From positions 40,486,001 through 40,550,000 of the forward strand of contig OX597818.1 in assembly GCA_951406725.2 (NCBI GenBank): a stretch of 64,000 nucleotides of DNA, written 5' to 3'. The notes beneath the pieces are model-generated. The model was given only the letters and a program-made list of their open reading frames with translations, had not been told where the DNA came from and ran no database searches. Positions within the stretch are counted from its first letter, which is position 1, and each line of letters opens with the position of its first letter. A program made the translations under genes and the position numbers. Shown in pieces: positions 27,132-39,680 of this stretch. The DNA is from Octopus vulgaris (taxonomy: Eukaryota).

Positions 27132-27697
27132 TTTTGCTTTTGCAGCATTCAGTGAGAAATTAGTTTGGAGAAATCTACAATTCTTTTCTCTTAACATATA
27201 TTTCCATGGGCATTCTGCTAACAGAACTTACTTTCATCGGGTTTTGTCTTAAGTCTTTGTCTTCGTTAAAGATATACAAATGTTCAGTTTTAAACTGTTT
27301 TTTATGGTTTCTTCATATTTCTTTATTAATCACTTACATTTAGTTTACACCAAAAAATTCATAAATCATTTTATCTATGTACGTTGTAAAACGTTTTTAG
27401 CCTCGTTCTCAGTATGCTATGAAGGTAATGATCTTGTGTTATTCGAGCGCTTTGCATTTATTCACAAAGGAGCATGAGGATAAAACCTTCAGTGCCGAAT
27501 TTTAAAAAACGACTTAGAGATAACGGTGAAGTTCTGGTAGATTTCACGATTACTTGTACTTGTAATGAATCTGTCTAGTGATATATGACTTGTATTTTGC
27601 TATCTATAGTTATTATCTACCTTCTTTAGTGGAACTACCAAAATTTGCTTCGTGTACTGTATTATTAAGAATTGCAAATTTTTTTGTAAATACATAA

Positions 27698-28000
27698 TCA
27701 TTTTCTATACTAGGCACAAGGCCCGAAATTTTGGGGGAGGGAGCCAGTCGATTAGATCGACCCCAGTACGGAACTGGTACTTAATTCATCGAACCCAAAA
27801 GGATGAAAGGCAAAGTTGACTTGGCGGAATTTGAACTCAGAAGGTAAAGAAACGAAATACCGCTAAGTATTTCGTCCGGCGTACTAACGTTTCTTATTTC
27901 TTTATTGCCCACATGGGGCTAAACATAGAGGGGACAAACAAAGACAGACAAAGGGATTAAGTAGATTACATCGACCCCAGTGCGTAACCGGTACTTAATT
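27698..28000 (-). mobile_element. Chimeric C1/C2 SINE
   Basis: On the element strand a C1 tail (...gggcaataaagaaataagaaa) runs into cgttagtacgccgg..., which ends in the C2 tail (ccccaaaatttcgggccttgtgcctag). Confidence 0.85.
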
Positions 28001-28158
28001 ACGACGGGCTTCTTTCAGCTTTCGTCTACCAAATCCACTCACAAGGCTTTGATCGGCCCGAAGCTATAGTAGAAGACACTTGACCAAGGTACCACGCAGT
28101 GGGACTGAACCCGCAACCATGTGGTTGGTAAGCCAGCTACTTACTACACAGACACTCC
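28000..28158 (-). mobile_element. SINE family A 5' half
   Basis: acgacgggcttctttcag...gtgggactgaaccc...ctacttactacacagacactcc. Confidence 0.88.
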
Positions 28159-29053
28159 ATTATATTCCAGTAACAAGTATGGTACATGGCTTTACAGATG
28201 GTGTTGACGATTTTATAAGTTATAACAGTATTCCCGTGATACTTTGATGCATGCTGCAAAGTGCCTGAACAACGACGCCCACGTAAAAAACGTTGAAACT
28301 TAACAGCGGTAGATTGCTTTAATGAAACGGTGTGTTTTGTAGAGGTCAATGTTGAAAAGAAAACAACCTATTAATTTTACTTTTTCGTAGATTTGCTTCA
28401 GGAAAAGCAAAAAAGCAAAAAAAGCAAAAAAAACAAAAAAATAAAAAGGTGAATAAAAATCTCTTAAAAACTAATTCGCGCGTGTATTCTGTAAATGGCA
28501 AATTAGAACCAACAAACGACGCAACACTCTCGCTACTGAAATGAAGCTTTAAAAGCAATGGGTGGAGCCAAAGAAGGAAATTATTTGAAACCAATAATTA
28601 TGATTTTTTTCGTAGGTTTTGGACATTTGATTGAAGCAGGCGGTATGTGAGATGTGTTCATTTTTTAAATGCTTCTAGGTTCTACGCAAAGGCACGTTCA
28701 AAAGAATGCATACACATACATGCACACAAACGCACATTCATAACACCAGATACATAGATACAGGCTTGGGCATGCGTGCACATACATACGTATGCATAAG
28801 CACGTGTGTTTATATAAGGAGTACTTTGTTGTTAACCTTACTTCAATGTAGAAGTAGGCTATAAATATATATATATATATAAATGCGCACGTACGCACAC
28901 ACACATGCGCATACGTAAACACAAGCATGCCCGTGAATATGTTTCTCTTGTATGTATGTCCATAAGTGATTTTGTCGTTCGCTCTGCTAGAGTTTGGAAG
29001 AGCGAGATAGAGAGGGAAAAAGGGAGGGAAGTGAGAAAAGTCAAGCGGAAGAG

Positions 29054-29097
<44 letters not shown>

Positions 29098-29116
29098 AAT
29101 AAATATATATGATAAT

Positions 29117-29179
<63 letters not shown>

Positions 29180-29278
29180 TTACATAGATAACTGTCTCTG
29201 TGTACGTGTATGTGTGTGTGGAAAAAGGGGGAGAGAAAATGAGAAAGAGAGAGAAGGTGATGGGAACAATAAGCAGTA

Positions 29279-29320
<42 letters not shown>

Positions 29321-29604
29321 CCTATGTATGTATGTATGTATGTATGTATGTATGTATATGTATATGGAAAGAAGGATAGAGAGGGATAGAGAAAGTGAGA
29401 AAGAGAGAGAAAGGGGTGGAAAGGAGGGTGAGATAGAATCGGGGAGTGTGATTTGATATAAATCAAAAGAACGGTTTTCTACGGTTTTGAAGGTTTAATG
29501 ACAGAGAATTGGAAAGAGAATTGGAAAAATAAATAAAAATTGAAATAATTTTAATACATTTCTCAAAAATCATTTGTCGCTGTTATACTTCGCTACTTAT
29601 TACT

Positions 29605-30230
29605 GATGCATACATGCATGCATGCATACATACATACATACATACATACATACATGCATACATACATACATACATAAATATACATACGTGCATACATGCA
29701 TACATATATACATACATATATACACATATATATACGTGCATACATACATATATATACATACATACATATGAATGTATGTATATATTTACACATACATACA
29801 TACATACATACATACTTACATACATATATATACATACATACATACATACATACACACATACAGACATACATACATATATACATACACAAGTGCATACATA
29901 CATACATACGTACACATATACATACATACCTTTATACACATAGATATAAAATCAAATATGCATGCACGTCCGCAAAAAACATTTGTATATATATGTGTGT
30001 GTGTGTGTATATATACACGTTTGTATATATATATATATATACGTTTGTATCCGACCATCTATCTATCTTTCAAAACACACACATACACGCACACCCACGC
30101 ACACACACCCACACAAACACACACACACACACACACACACATACACACACACACAAGCAAACAAACCACAAACAAACATACGCGCTTCACGCACACATAG
30201 AAACACACACGCGCACAAACTTTTACACAT
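29605..30230. repeat. Degenerate (TACA)n/(CA)n low-complexity block
   Basis: Read directly. Source of several spurious ORFs. Confidence 0.92.
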
Positions 30231-31279
30231 ATTGTAACATAGGTGGTGGTTGTTTTCGTAGATTTATTTATTTATTTATATGCTTTTATCCTAACACATC
30301 GTTATGTTTATGAGTGTGGGGTATACAGAAAGCCACCATTTTCATCTTTTGCCTCCGATACAACTTCCATTAAACATTTCTCAAAAGGCTTGCTTTTTTC
30401 TCTTATTTTATTTCATTCCATTCTATTTTCGTTATAATTGTTTTTTGTATTGCTTTTGCATTTTAAATATATATTTTCATTTTTGTGCGTAGTTTGAAAA
30501 GTTTCCGTCGAAGAGCAGCCATTAGTGGTTTGTGACAATCATCTTCGCCCAAGTACTTTAGACGCTTGGATTACAGGAGGCAACGTTTTTTGTTAATGGA
30601 AATCTCAATGACGTTATTGCCAGAATCTACGTTGTGATGTGATGTGATGTGATGTGATGTGAGAGCGCGCATGTGAGTATACGACATCTTGTATTTGTAG
30701 CTCTGTATTTGTACGTGTGAGCTTTCAATGAAAGCGTGTGTGTCTGTGCGTGTACATTTTTTGTGTATGTATGTGTGAGGTTGTTTGTATATGTGTGTAT
30801 GTGTGAGTGCATTGAGTTGTGGTGTGTATGTTTGTACATTCTGTGCGTGTGAGACGGATGAGGTTTGGAAAACAAAAGAGAAAAAGGTGAAAGATCAGTT
30901 GTTCTTTTAACGGAGGGATGGTGTGGTTTAGGGAAGTGTGTGTGTGTGTATGTGTGTGTGTGTGTATGTGCGTGTGTGAGTGAGTGTGTGCGAATGTGAG
31001 TGAGTGTGAGTGTGTCTGTAGCGAGTGAGTGCATCTATGTGAATGCGTGCGTCTGTGTGAGGAGGGAAATGCTACATTAGAGACATTAAAATGCATGTAT
31101 ATATGAATGTATGTATTTATGTGTGCGTGTATGTCTGTATGTATATATTTATGCATACGAGTGTGTGCGCCCGAATGAGACAGGGAAATATATATACACA
31201 CTCAGACCCGGACACACACACACACACACACAGACCCCCCACCCACACAGACATACACACATATATATATGTATGTGTA

Positions 31280-31363
<84 letters not shown>

Positions 31364-31792
31364 TTGAGAGAGAAAGAAGAGCAAAATGGAGAAGAGGGGG
31401 TTTCCAATCAATTTTAATTGCATGTTTATATGTATGCATATGCTTATTATATTTGAGTGGGGTTGTGCATATGTATGTGAGTGTGTATGTGTGTTTCTAT
31501 GATTTGCAAGTGTATTTGTATATAAACATATGCACGCAATCGAACAAGTGTATATGTATATCGGTGAATGTAAGCAGGGCGTGGTGAGATTGAGTAAAAA
31601 GAAAACTACAAGCACACAAACGCATATATATATATATTATATATGTAGGTCCCGGGTTGATTCGGGGTTAACCACAGTAAATAAGGTACTCAATACATAG
31701 TAGAGTAAAATTAATTTATTATATAGAAGGATACAGGATAGAACTGAGAAATCTTTAATGAAACAGTTCTTCTAAACTCCTTCTATATAATA

Positions 31793-31850
<58 letters not shown>

Positions 31851-32028
31851 AGTTTAATGCAGGTATAATTCAAATACTTATACTTCCGACACATGTTTCG
31901 AAGATTTCACTGATATTATTCCAAAGGAATAAAATGGTGTAAAACAATGTAATCTTCTCTATTTATCTATTTTTCCGTGTTAATTGTTAACAAGGGAAAA
32001 ATACACTCATCCATTTATACACACACAC

Positions 32029-32069
<41 letters not shown>

Positions 32070-32119
32070 CACAGTCACAGGGCTGAAACATATAAAAGAA
32101 TAAAATAATATATATATTG

Positions 32120-32288
32120 ACCGCTTTATTTATTCTCTCTCTGTATATTTTTTCGTGTTTCTTTCTGCTAAACAATGTAGGTTCGAAAAGTAAAAGACTT
32201 TCTCACATTCCCGAGCTTTAGACTAATACACCTGTTTGTTGATTACACACTTGTCGTCTTCGTATTTTGATATTTTGTAAATTCCAGC

Positions 32289-32290
<2 letters not shown>
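32120..32290 (+). mobile_element. Penelope-like pseudo-LTR fragment, diverged
   Basis: Homologous to 46795-46986 (taggttcgaaaagtaaaagactttctcacattcccgagc...ctgtttgtt...gtcttcgt). Abuts (TA)n. Confidence 0.6.
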
Positions 32291-32320
<30 letters not shown>

Positions 32321-32342
32321 TATACATATATATATACATATA

Positions 32343-32454
<112 letters not shown>

Positions 32455-32468
32455 TATGTGTGTGTATA

Positions 32469-32741
32469 GGCCCAGGAGTAGCTGAGTGGTAAGCAGCTTG
32501 CTTACCAACTACATTGTAGACAGAAACTGAAAGAAGCCTGTCGTATATGTACGTGTGTGTGTGTGTGTGTGTGTGTGTGTATTTGTGTCTCCTCAACATC
32601 GCTTGACAACTTAGCGATACGGCAAAAGCGACCAATATAATAAGTATTAAGGTTACAAAGAATAAGTCCTGGGGTAGATTTGCTCGACTAAAACGGTGCT
32701 CCAACATGGATGCAGTCAAATGACTGAAACAGATAAAAGAA
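32469..32741 (+). mobile_element. SINE family A with two internal deletions
   Basis: Head, microsatellite and tail are present. The B-box region and part of the 3' half are missing relative to 33769. Confidence 0.85.
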
Positions 32742-32749
32742 TTTATATA

Positions 32750-32785
<36 letters not shown>

Positions 32786-33257
32786 CGTATACACACACAC
32801 ACACACACACACATATAAAGAGAGATAGATAGATAGATAGATTGATGCATACATACAAAAATTCATACAAACAGACATATGTATGTTCGTAATACATACG
32901 TACATTTGTGTGTATGTACAAACACATTAAGGACGTGGTTGGAGAAATACAAGAAAAAGAGATTAAAAACTAGAGGAAGAGAGACTAGGTACAAATCGAT
33001 GAGAAGGAGAGAGAAGGGGATTGGAAAGAGGAGAGGGAGAAGAAAACATTAAAGGTTTTATTTGTTCTTTCTCAATAAAGATTTGAAAGACCGATTATAT
33101 TTGATGCATTATATGAGGAGGGGGCGATACGAATATTGGTCAGCAGGGTTGAGATTTAGTTTTCAAATGCTAAAAGGAAAATACGAACAAATATTTTTTT
33201 ATGAAAGAGAGAGTGACGTGCTCATTGTATTCATGTAGCAATTAATCTATTTATCTA

Positions 33258-33649
33258 CTAGCAGTATCGCCCGGCGTTGCTCGGCTTTGTTTCGACCCTT
33301 TAGAATTGGAATTTTTGAAAAGTAAAAATTTTGCATTATGTAGCTTGTTATTCTCTTTAAGTGAACATTTTTCTGGTTGAAATACACCGAAAAATGGCGA
33401 CACAGCAGTCAAAAAATCGTAAAACATAATGATTTTCATAGAAATAAAACACCTTTTTGACGTAAATAATTTTTGGTGTTAACATCGTCCGATTTGAATT
33501 TTTTCTTCTACGGAACGAAGAGCAAGCCTTCTTCTATCATACTCTCAATTTTGGTCAACTTGCGCCGCAGGGTCTCGGAGAAGAAAGTGTTAGTTGAAGG
33601 CTACCAAACCTGCCATACACAGACAACTTCAGCTTTATATATATAGAGA
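33258..33649 (-). mobile_element. Non-autonomous Helitron
   Basis: Reverse complement begins TCtctatatatataaagctgaagttg and ends ccgagcaacgccgggcgatactgCTAG|T. Confidence 0.87.
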
Positions 33650-33768
33650 TATATCATTCAGCCTCTCTCACTTTCTCTTCACTCTCTCTCTCTTTCTCTT
33701 CACTCTCTCTCTCTTTCTCTGTCTTTCTGTGTATGTATGTGTATTTTTATGTGTACATACGGTACATA

Positions 33769-34175
33769 GGCGCAGGAGTGGCTGTGTGGTAAGTAGCTTG
33801 CTCACCAACCACATGGTTCTGGGTTCAGTCCCACTGCATGGCACCTTGGACAAGTATCTTCTACTATAGCCTCAGGCCGACCAAAGTCTTGCGAGTGGAT
33901 TTGGTAGACGGAAACTGAAAGAAGCCCATCGTATATATGTATATATATGTATATATGTATGTGTGTGTATATGTTTGTGTGTCTGTGTTTGTCCCCCTAG
34001 CATCGCTTGACAACCGATGCTGCTGTGTTTACGTCCTCGTAACATAGCAGTTCGGCAAAGAGACCGATAGAATAAGTACTAGGCTTACAAAGAATAAGTC
34101 CTGGGGTCGACTTGCTCTACTAAAGGCGGTGCTCCACCGTGGCCACAGTCAAATGACTGAAACAAGTAAAAAAAA
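33769..34175 (+). mobile_element. SINE family A, full length, low divergence
   Basis: ggcgcaggagtggctgtgtggtaag ... gactgaaacaagtaaaa, with an approximate acatacg(g)tacata duplication on both sides. Confidence 0.94.
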
Positions 34176-34358
34176 CATACGTACGTACATACTTACAATG
34201 TGCTTCAATTGACCAACAGACCAACTGAGTAAACCTCTCAGTACTGTACCTATAAATGAACTGGAAACAGCTGTAAGACATATTTGCTCCAATCAAGGAA
34301 TAATATGTAATGACCAGTATTTTTAATTTGTTTCTTATATATACATATATATATGTAT

Positions 34359-34581
34359 GCTTAGTGGTTAGGATATTCGGTTTACGATCGCAAGGTCGTG
34401 AGTTCAATTCCCAGCGACGTGTTGTATCCTTGAACAAAACACTTTATTTTACATTGCTCCAGTCCTCTCAGCCGGAAAAAATGAGTTGTACCTGTATTTC
34501 AAAGAATTAGACTTGTCATATTCTGGGGGTACGCGTGTTTGTGGAATACTCTGCCACATGCAGGTTAATTTCACGAGCAGG
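34359..34581 (+). mobile_element. SINE family B2, internally deleted and 3'-truncated
   Basis: Aligns to the 26513 copy. Confidence 0.85.
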
Positions 34582-35156
34582 AATTAATTTCAAGACCAGC
34601 AAGAAGTACTTCTGAATTACAATTAATTAATGAAATAAAGACAAATAACAACAAATAATTTTTTTTATGCGTGTAAAACTTTCTCAAGCTGGAATTAATT
34701 AATTAGAACAGTGCTAAGCAATGATGAATAAAATAAAGCTGTGTACATTTATATTTAACAACTTCGTAAGCACTCAACCTTGGAAAGATCTTCAATATGG
34801 AAGATATGTTTTGGTAGAGTATGCTTTTCTGTTCTTTTCATTGCTTTTCTTTTGCTGTAAGTGAGATTGTCATTTCGTCTATGGTTATCACCTCTTCTTT
34901 TTCTGTCATTCTCGTCTGCATTAACGGGCAACGCTAGAAAAAAGCAAATATTCTTCTAATCGGAATTTTTTGAATAAAAAATGTAAGGGATGGAAAAATA
35001 AAACGACCAGCATACAAACATACCATGCCATTGATCAGTTACACATCAAGACAAAGAAATAAATGGTTTTCAATGAGTAAAGTCAGCAATAAATATAACC
35101 AACACATTAAGGGAATTGAAGAACCTTGACTCACCGTTCAGCAATAATAATAATAA

Positions 35157-35306
35157 TGGTTTCAAATTTTGGCACAAGCCCAATAATTTAGTGGGCGGGG
35201 CTAAGTCGATTTTCATCGACCGATAGGATTTGAGAAGCAAAGTCGACCTCGGCGGAATTTTAAGACGGACGAAATGCCGCTAAAGATTTCGCTAACTCGC
35301 TGCCTT
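35157..35306 (-). mobile_element. SINE family C2, degenerate
   Basis: ggcacaagccc...gcaaagtcgacctcggcggaattt...ctcgctgcctt. Confidence 0.7.
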
Positions 35307-35436
35307 AGCAATAACAACAACAACAACAATAAGAAGAATATGTGGAGATGGACAAAAACAAACCACATCACACACACACAAGCACACAGAGCTGCGCTCG
35401 GTAGTGCAGTGAAAGCACGTGATAAAAATAAGACTA

Positions 35437-35496
<60 letters not shown>

Positions 35497-35506
35497 CATA
35501 ATAATA

Positions 35507-36108
35507 ATTAACACCATTCACGCTATTAACACCCTGGCACTTCCAGTAGTCCAATACAGTTTTAACATCGTTAACTGGAATCTTACAGAGTTCCAACGCT
35601 AAACAGGAAGACAAAAAAACTACTAACATCTAAGAACATGCACCACCCAAAAGCAGACGTTGATCGTCTGTACCTACCTAGAAGTAATGGGGGAACAGGA
35701 ATGATGCAGGTAGAACTGTGCTATGAGACATCCACAACAGCAATGAACAGGTACTTATGTAATACAGAAAACTGGATGCAGTGGCTTGTGTACAAACATG
35801 AAAGCAGTAAAAAAATCTCATTCTATTGCCAAGGAAGCTAGCAAATTCGCAAGGGAATCTTTAAACAACCCTTATTCAGCGATCATTTGAGTAGGATGGG
35901 CTACTCGACCTGAAGAAAATTCTAACTGGGCCCCACCTGCAAGCTCATGCGTCGTTTATCTTGATATGAGATCGCCATGTGGCGCACAAATGGTTGTGAA
36001 ACATGTGCCAGGTGTACCCATATCAGATGAGTAGCCATGATGTGTATACTGGGCTTCGTATATTTGTATCCCAGTCTCATTTCAATGACATGTACTGCTC
36101 TCTCATTC

Positions 36109-36172
<64 letters not shown>
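35507..36172 (+). mobile_element. Dong/R4-clade LINE fragment (post-RT region joined to probable 3' end) in (TAA)n
   Basis: AINTLALPVVQYSFNIVNW...MHHPKADVDRLYLPRSNGGTG. Segment 35860-36110 is the reverse complement of 48085-48226. (TAA)n on both sides. Confidence 0.8.
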
Positions 36173-36174
<2 letters not shown>

Positions 36175-36350
36175 TTCTACTGGAAGCAAAAAGGCCTGAA
36201 ATTTATGGGGAGGGGACTAGTGGATTACTGGCACTTAATTTACCGACCTAGAAAGGATGAAAGGCAAAGTTGACGTCGGTAGAATTCGAACTCGGAACTA
36301 GCGGCTAGTTGTTCACACAGTGTGCTAACGATTCTGCCAGCTTATCGCTT
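36175..36350 (-). mobile_element. SINE family C2, diverged
   Basis: aaggcctgaaatttatggggagggg...gaaaggatgaaaggcaaagttgac...gctaacgattctgccagct. Confidence 0.75.
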
Positions 36351-36830
36351 TAGCAATAATAACAAAAACATCATCATCATCGTCATCAACAACAACAAGG
36401 ACGACTACTACGACGACAACAACAATGGCGACGACGACGGCAACAACAACAAAAATAATAATAGTAATATTAATAATATTAATATCAGTAGATCCGAGTG
36501 TAAATGAATAGGGGTAAACAACCGAAACATTAAAAAGAGAGTCGGTGGGTGTAAATAAGCCTATAGCAACAGGGTAACAGCAGATGGTGATCTCCGATGT
36601 TGTGAAGTCAGTGAACCTCCAACAATGCAGATTTTTTTATCTCCTCTTTATATCGTTATAAACTTAACTGCGATGTGTTCCCGGTGCTCCGATAAAGCCC
36701 GTCTCTTTGTGTCTGCCTGTTTTCTGCCCATCTCTCTCTTTCTCACTGTCTCTCTGTCTGTCTCTCGCTCACATAATAAAGTTCTCTTTCTATTCATTCT
36801 TTTTCTTTCATTGTGTGTGTGTGTGTGTGC

Positions 36831-37150
36831 TTATACACGCACGCACGCACTTACACGCACACGCACGCACGCACTTACACGCACACGCACGCACGCACTT
36901 ACACCACACGCATGCACGCACTTACACGCACACGCACGCACTTATACGCACACGCACGCACTCACATGCACACGCACACACGCACGCACTTACACGCACA
37001 CGCACGAACGCACGCACTTACACGCACACGCATGCACGCACGCACGCACTTACACGCACACGTACGAACGCATGCACTTATACGCACACGCACGCACGCA
37101 CTTACACGCACACGCACGCACGCACGCACTTACACTTACACGCACGCACA
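36831..37150. repeat. Minisatellite of ~20-28-bp units (cgca)n-cttacacgcaca
   Basis: About 13 variable repeats punctuated by cactta. Confidence 0.88.
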
Positions 37151-37927
37151 CACACAGACGTGGGAGCAAAAATCTTTGCGCACAGACACATAAACACGAA
37201 CTCATATGTGTATGTGTATCCACATATATTCTTACAAATACGCATACATTGAAGCACACACACACACACACACACACACAACACACACACACACAACACA
37301 CATATTTACAGAGAGATAAGAACGAGACTGAAAGACCGTAGGGTGTGAGCCAAAGAGAGAGAATGAGAAATACCAGCGAATGCATGATCATGTGCATATT
37401 ATGTCTTGTATGTGTGGTGCATATTGTGAGTATATGAATGTGTATACGTACGTACTTGTGTGTTTATGTTGACGGTATGCACAGGTTTGGAAACGTATTT
37501 GTATTTCCTATGGTACTTAATTGGCAGCATTGGAGTTTTTTTTATAGACTCAGAATAGGAGAAAAGATAAAAATTTTCTGGATCTTTCTTTTGCCTTTAT
37601 CTTGGCTATTTCATCCGAGCAACGATAACTATATCGGTTACCATAGTTTCTGTTTACTACTCTCGTTCATTCGCCTTATTCTAGCCATTTGTATTGGAAA
37701 ATCGCATTGAAATTTGGAATGATGCAGTTAAAACAATAATGATCATAGGAAGAGAATGAAAAACAAAAATGAATTGAAATAAATAGATAAATAAATAAAT
37801 ATTATATAAAAAAAATGGCAGCAATTAAATTGAAGCAAAATTGTGTCTCGGTAACATCAAGGAATAATTGTAGCAATAATTTTGGTTGAACTAACAACAA
37901 CAAGAACAGCAGCAGCAGCAGGAGGAA

Positions 37928-38340
37928 GTGGAGGCGCAATGGCCCAGTAGTTAGGGCAGCGGACTCGCGGTCGGAGGATCGCGGTTTCGATTCCCAGACC
38001 GGGCGTTTTGTGTTTTTATTGAGCAAAAACACCTAAAGCTCCACGAGGCTACCGCAGGGGATGGTGGCGACCCTTGTTGTACTCTTTCGCTCCAACTTTC
38101 TCTCACTCTTTCTTCCTGTTTCTTGTTCCCGACTTCCTACGCAACCATTGAGCCTGGATGCACATTCATCCATCAGTCGATGCTCTCGGTGTCGGGGGTT
38201 GACCTGCTTTCTCTTCTGCGGGTCTTACGAATAGCAAAGGACCACGTTTCGGACTTCTTGCGAGCTCTGGGACGAAGACCGTTCGCTCAACTGCAGCAGC
38301 AGCAGCAGCAGCAACAACAACAACAACAGCAACAACAACA
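37928..38340 (+). mobile_element. SINE family B1 head with alternative tail Y, ending in (CAG)/(CAA)n
   Basis: tRNA-like head gtggaggcgcaatggcccagtagttagggcagcggactcgcgg...ggtttcgattccc. After ~38120 it is unrelated to tail X. Confidence 0.88.
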
Positions 38341-39265
38341 ACTAATAATAATAATAATAAAAGTCATGCAAGAAATGTCATATATCTGTATATTATTACG
38401 TGGTGATGAAGAAAAGACAGAATTGATAGTGGAGAAAAATGATTCCTTGGGAGGATATTTGCTACTTCCCTTTGTGCTCCGTAGTCAAACTTTGCTGGGT
38501 TGACTTTGTCTTTAATCCTTCGAAAATCACTAAAAGCAGTATCATTCAAGAAGCGGCCTCGATTAACTCCTCCCCAACTTCAATTCATGGCATTCTGTAA
38601 ATATAAAACATTGTTAATTATTTGAAGTCAAACATGATGAAGTGTGGCATAATCACTAGAACGAGAGAAAAGGTTTGTGGCGATAAGCTATAACTTGTGA
38701 TTTCGATATCCATAGATGTCGATTATTTCTATAGTCTGTGTTCAAGCAATAATATTAGAGTCATTCATTAAACCAGGATCGCGAAAATACGTAAATTTCG
38801 AAACAAGACTGTGGTTTTGTGCAAATGTTTCGTCTTTATTACAAGATGAAATTTTACTTCTAATAAAGGAAGAAATACCAAATATTAAAAGGTAGAGGAA
38901 CAAGCGATTAAATCTATTTCAATTGTTATCTAGAACTCTATTTTGTATTCTTCCGAAAGATAAAAAGTAAATTTCGCCTCCACAGAACTCGGGACGTAAA
39001 GCGGTGCAACTAAATACTGCAAAGCTTTAATCTAATGTTCTAATGGATCTTCAGTCCCTGACTAGATAAAATTTTGATTTTTACATTTGAATAGATTGAT
39101 GTTGGAATGTAGTCGAATAAATCAGCTGCAGTACGTCACTGTTAATCTGTTTTACCAAACTCGAAGGGTGTGAGGCTAAATGGATTTTGCTCAGATTTGA
39201 TCTTAGATTTAAAGAACAGAATCTAAACACCATGAAATATTTTTTCCGGTATTCTATCTATTCTT

Positions 39266-39680
39266 ATTTCTTTATTGCCCACAAGGAGCTAAACATAGAG
39301 GGGACAAACAAGGACAGACAAAAGGATTAAGTCGATTATAACGACCCCAGTGCGTAACTGGTACTTATTTAATCGACCCCGGAAGGATGAAAGGCAAAGT
39401 CGACCTCGGCGGAATTTGAACTCAGAACGTAGCGGCAGACGAAATACCTATTTCTTTATTACCCACAAGGGGCTAAACATAGAAGGGACAAACAAGGACA
39501 GAAATAGGCATTAAGTCGATTACGTCAACCCCAGTGCATAACTGGTACTTAATTTATCGACCCCGAAAGGATGAAAGGCAAAATCGACCGCGGTGGAATT
39601 TGAACTCAGAACGTAACGGCAGACAAAATACTGCTAAGCATTTCGCCCGACGCGCTAACGATTCTGCCAGCTCGCCGCTT
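39266..39680 (-). mobile_element. SINE family C1, head + two units
   Basis: Reverse complement of the C1 dimer. TSD tattct(a/g)tctattctt at 39250 and 39684. Confidence 0.92.

Noticed and set aside
37928-38005. Possible tRNA gene
   Set aside because: A- and B-box-like motifs are present, but the sequence continues into a SINE body shared with 10565-10905 and I cannot close a proper cloverleaf.
38123-38503. PolyQ-containing 126-aa ORF
   Set aside because: It spans a SINE tail, its (CAG)/(CAA)n end and an old C-family fragment.
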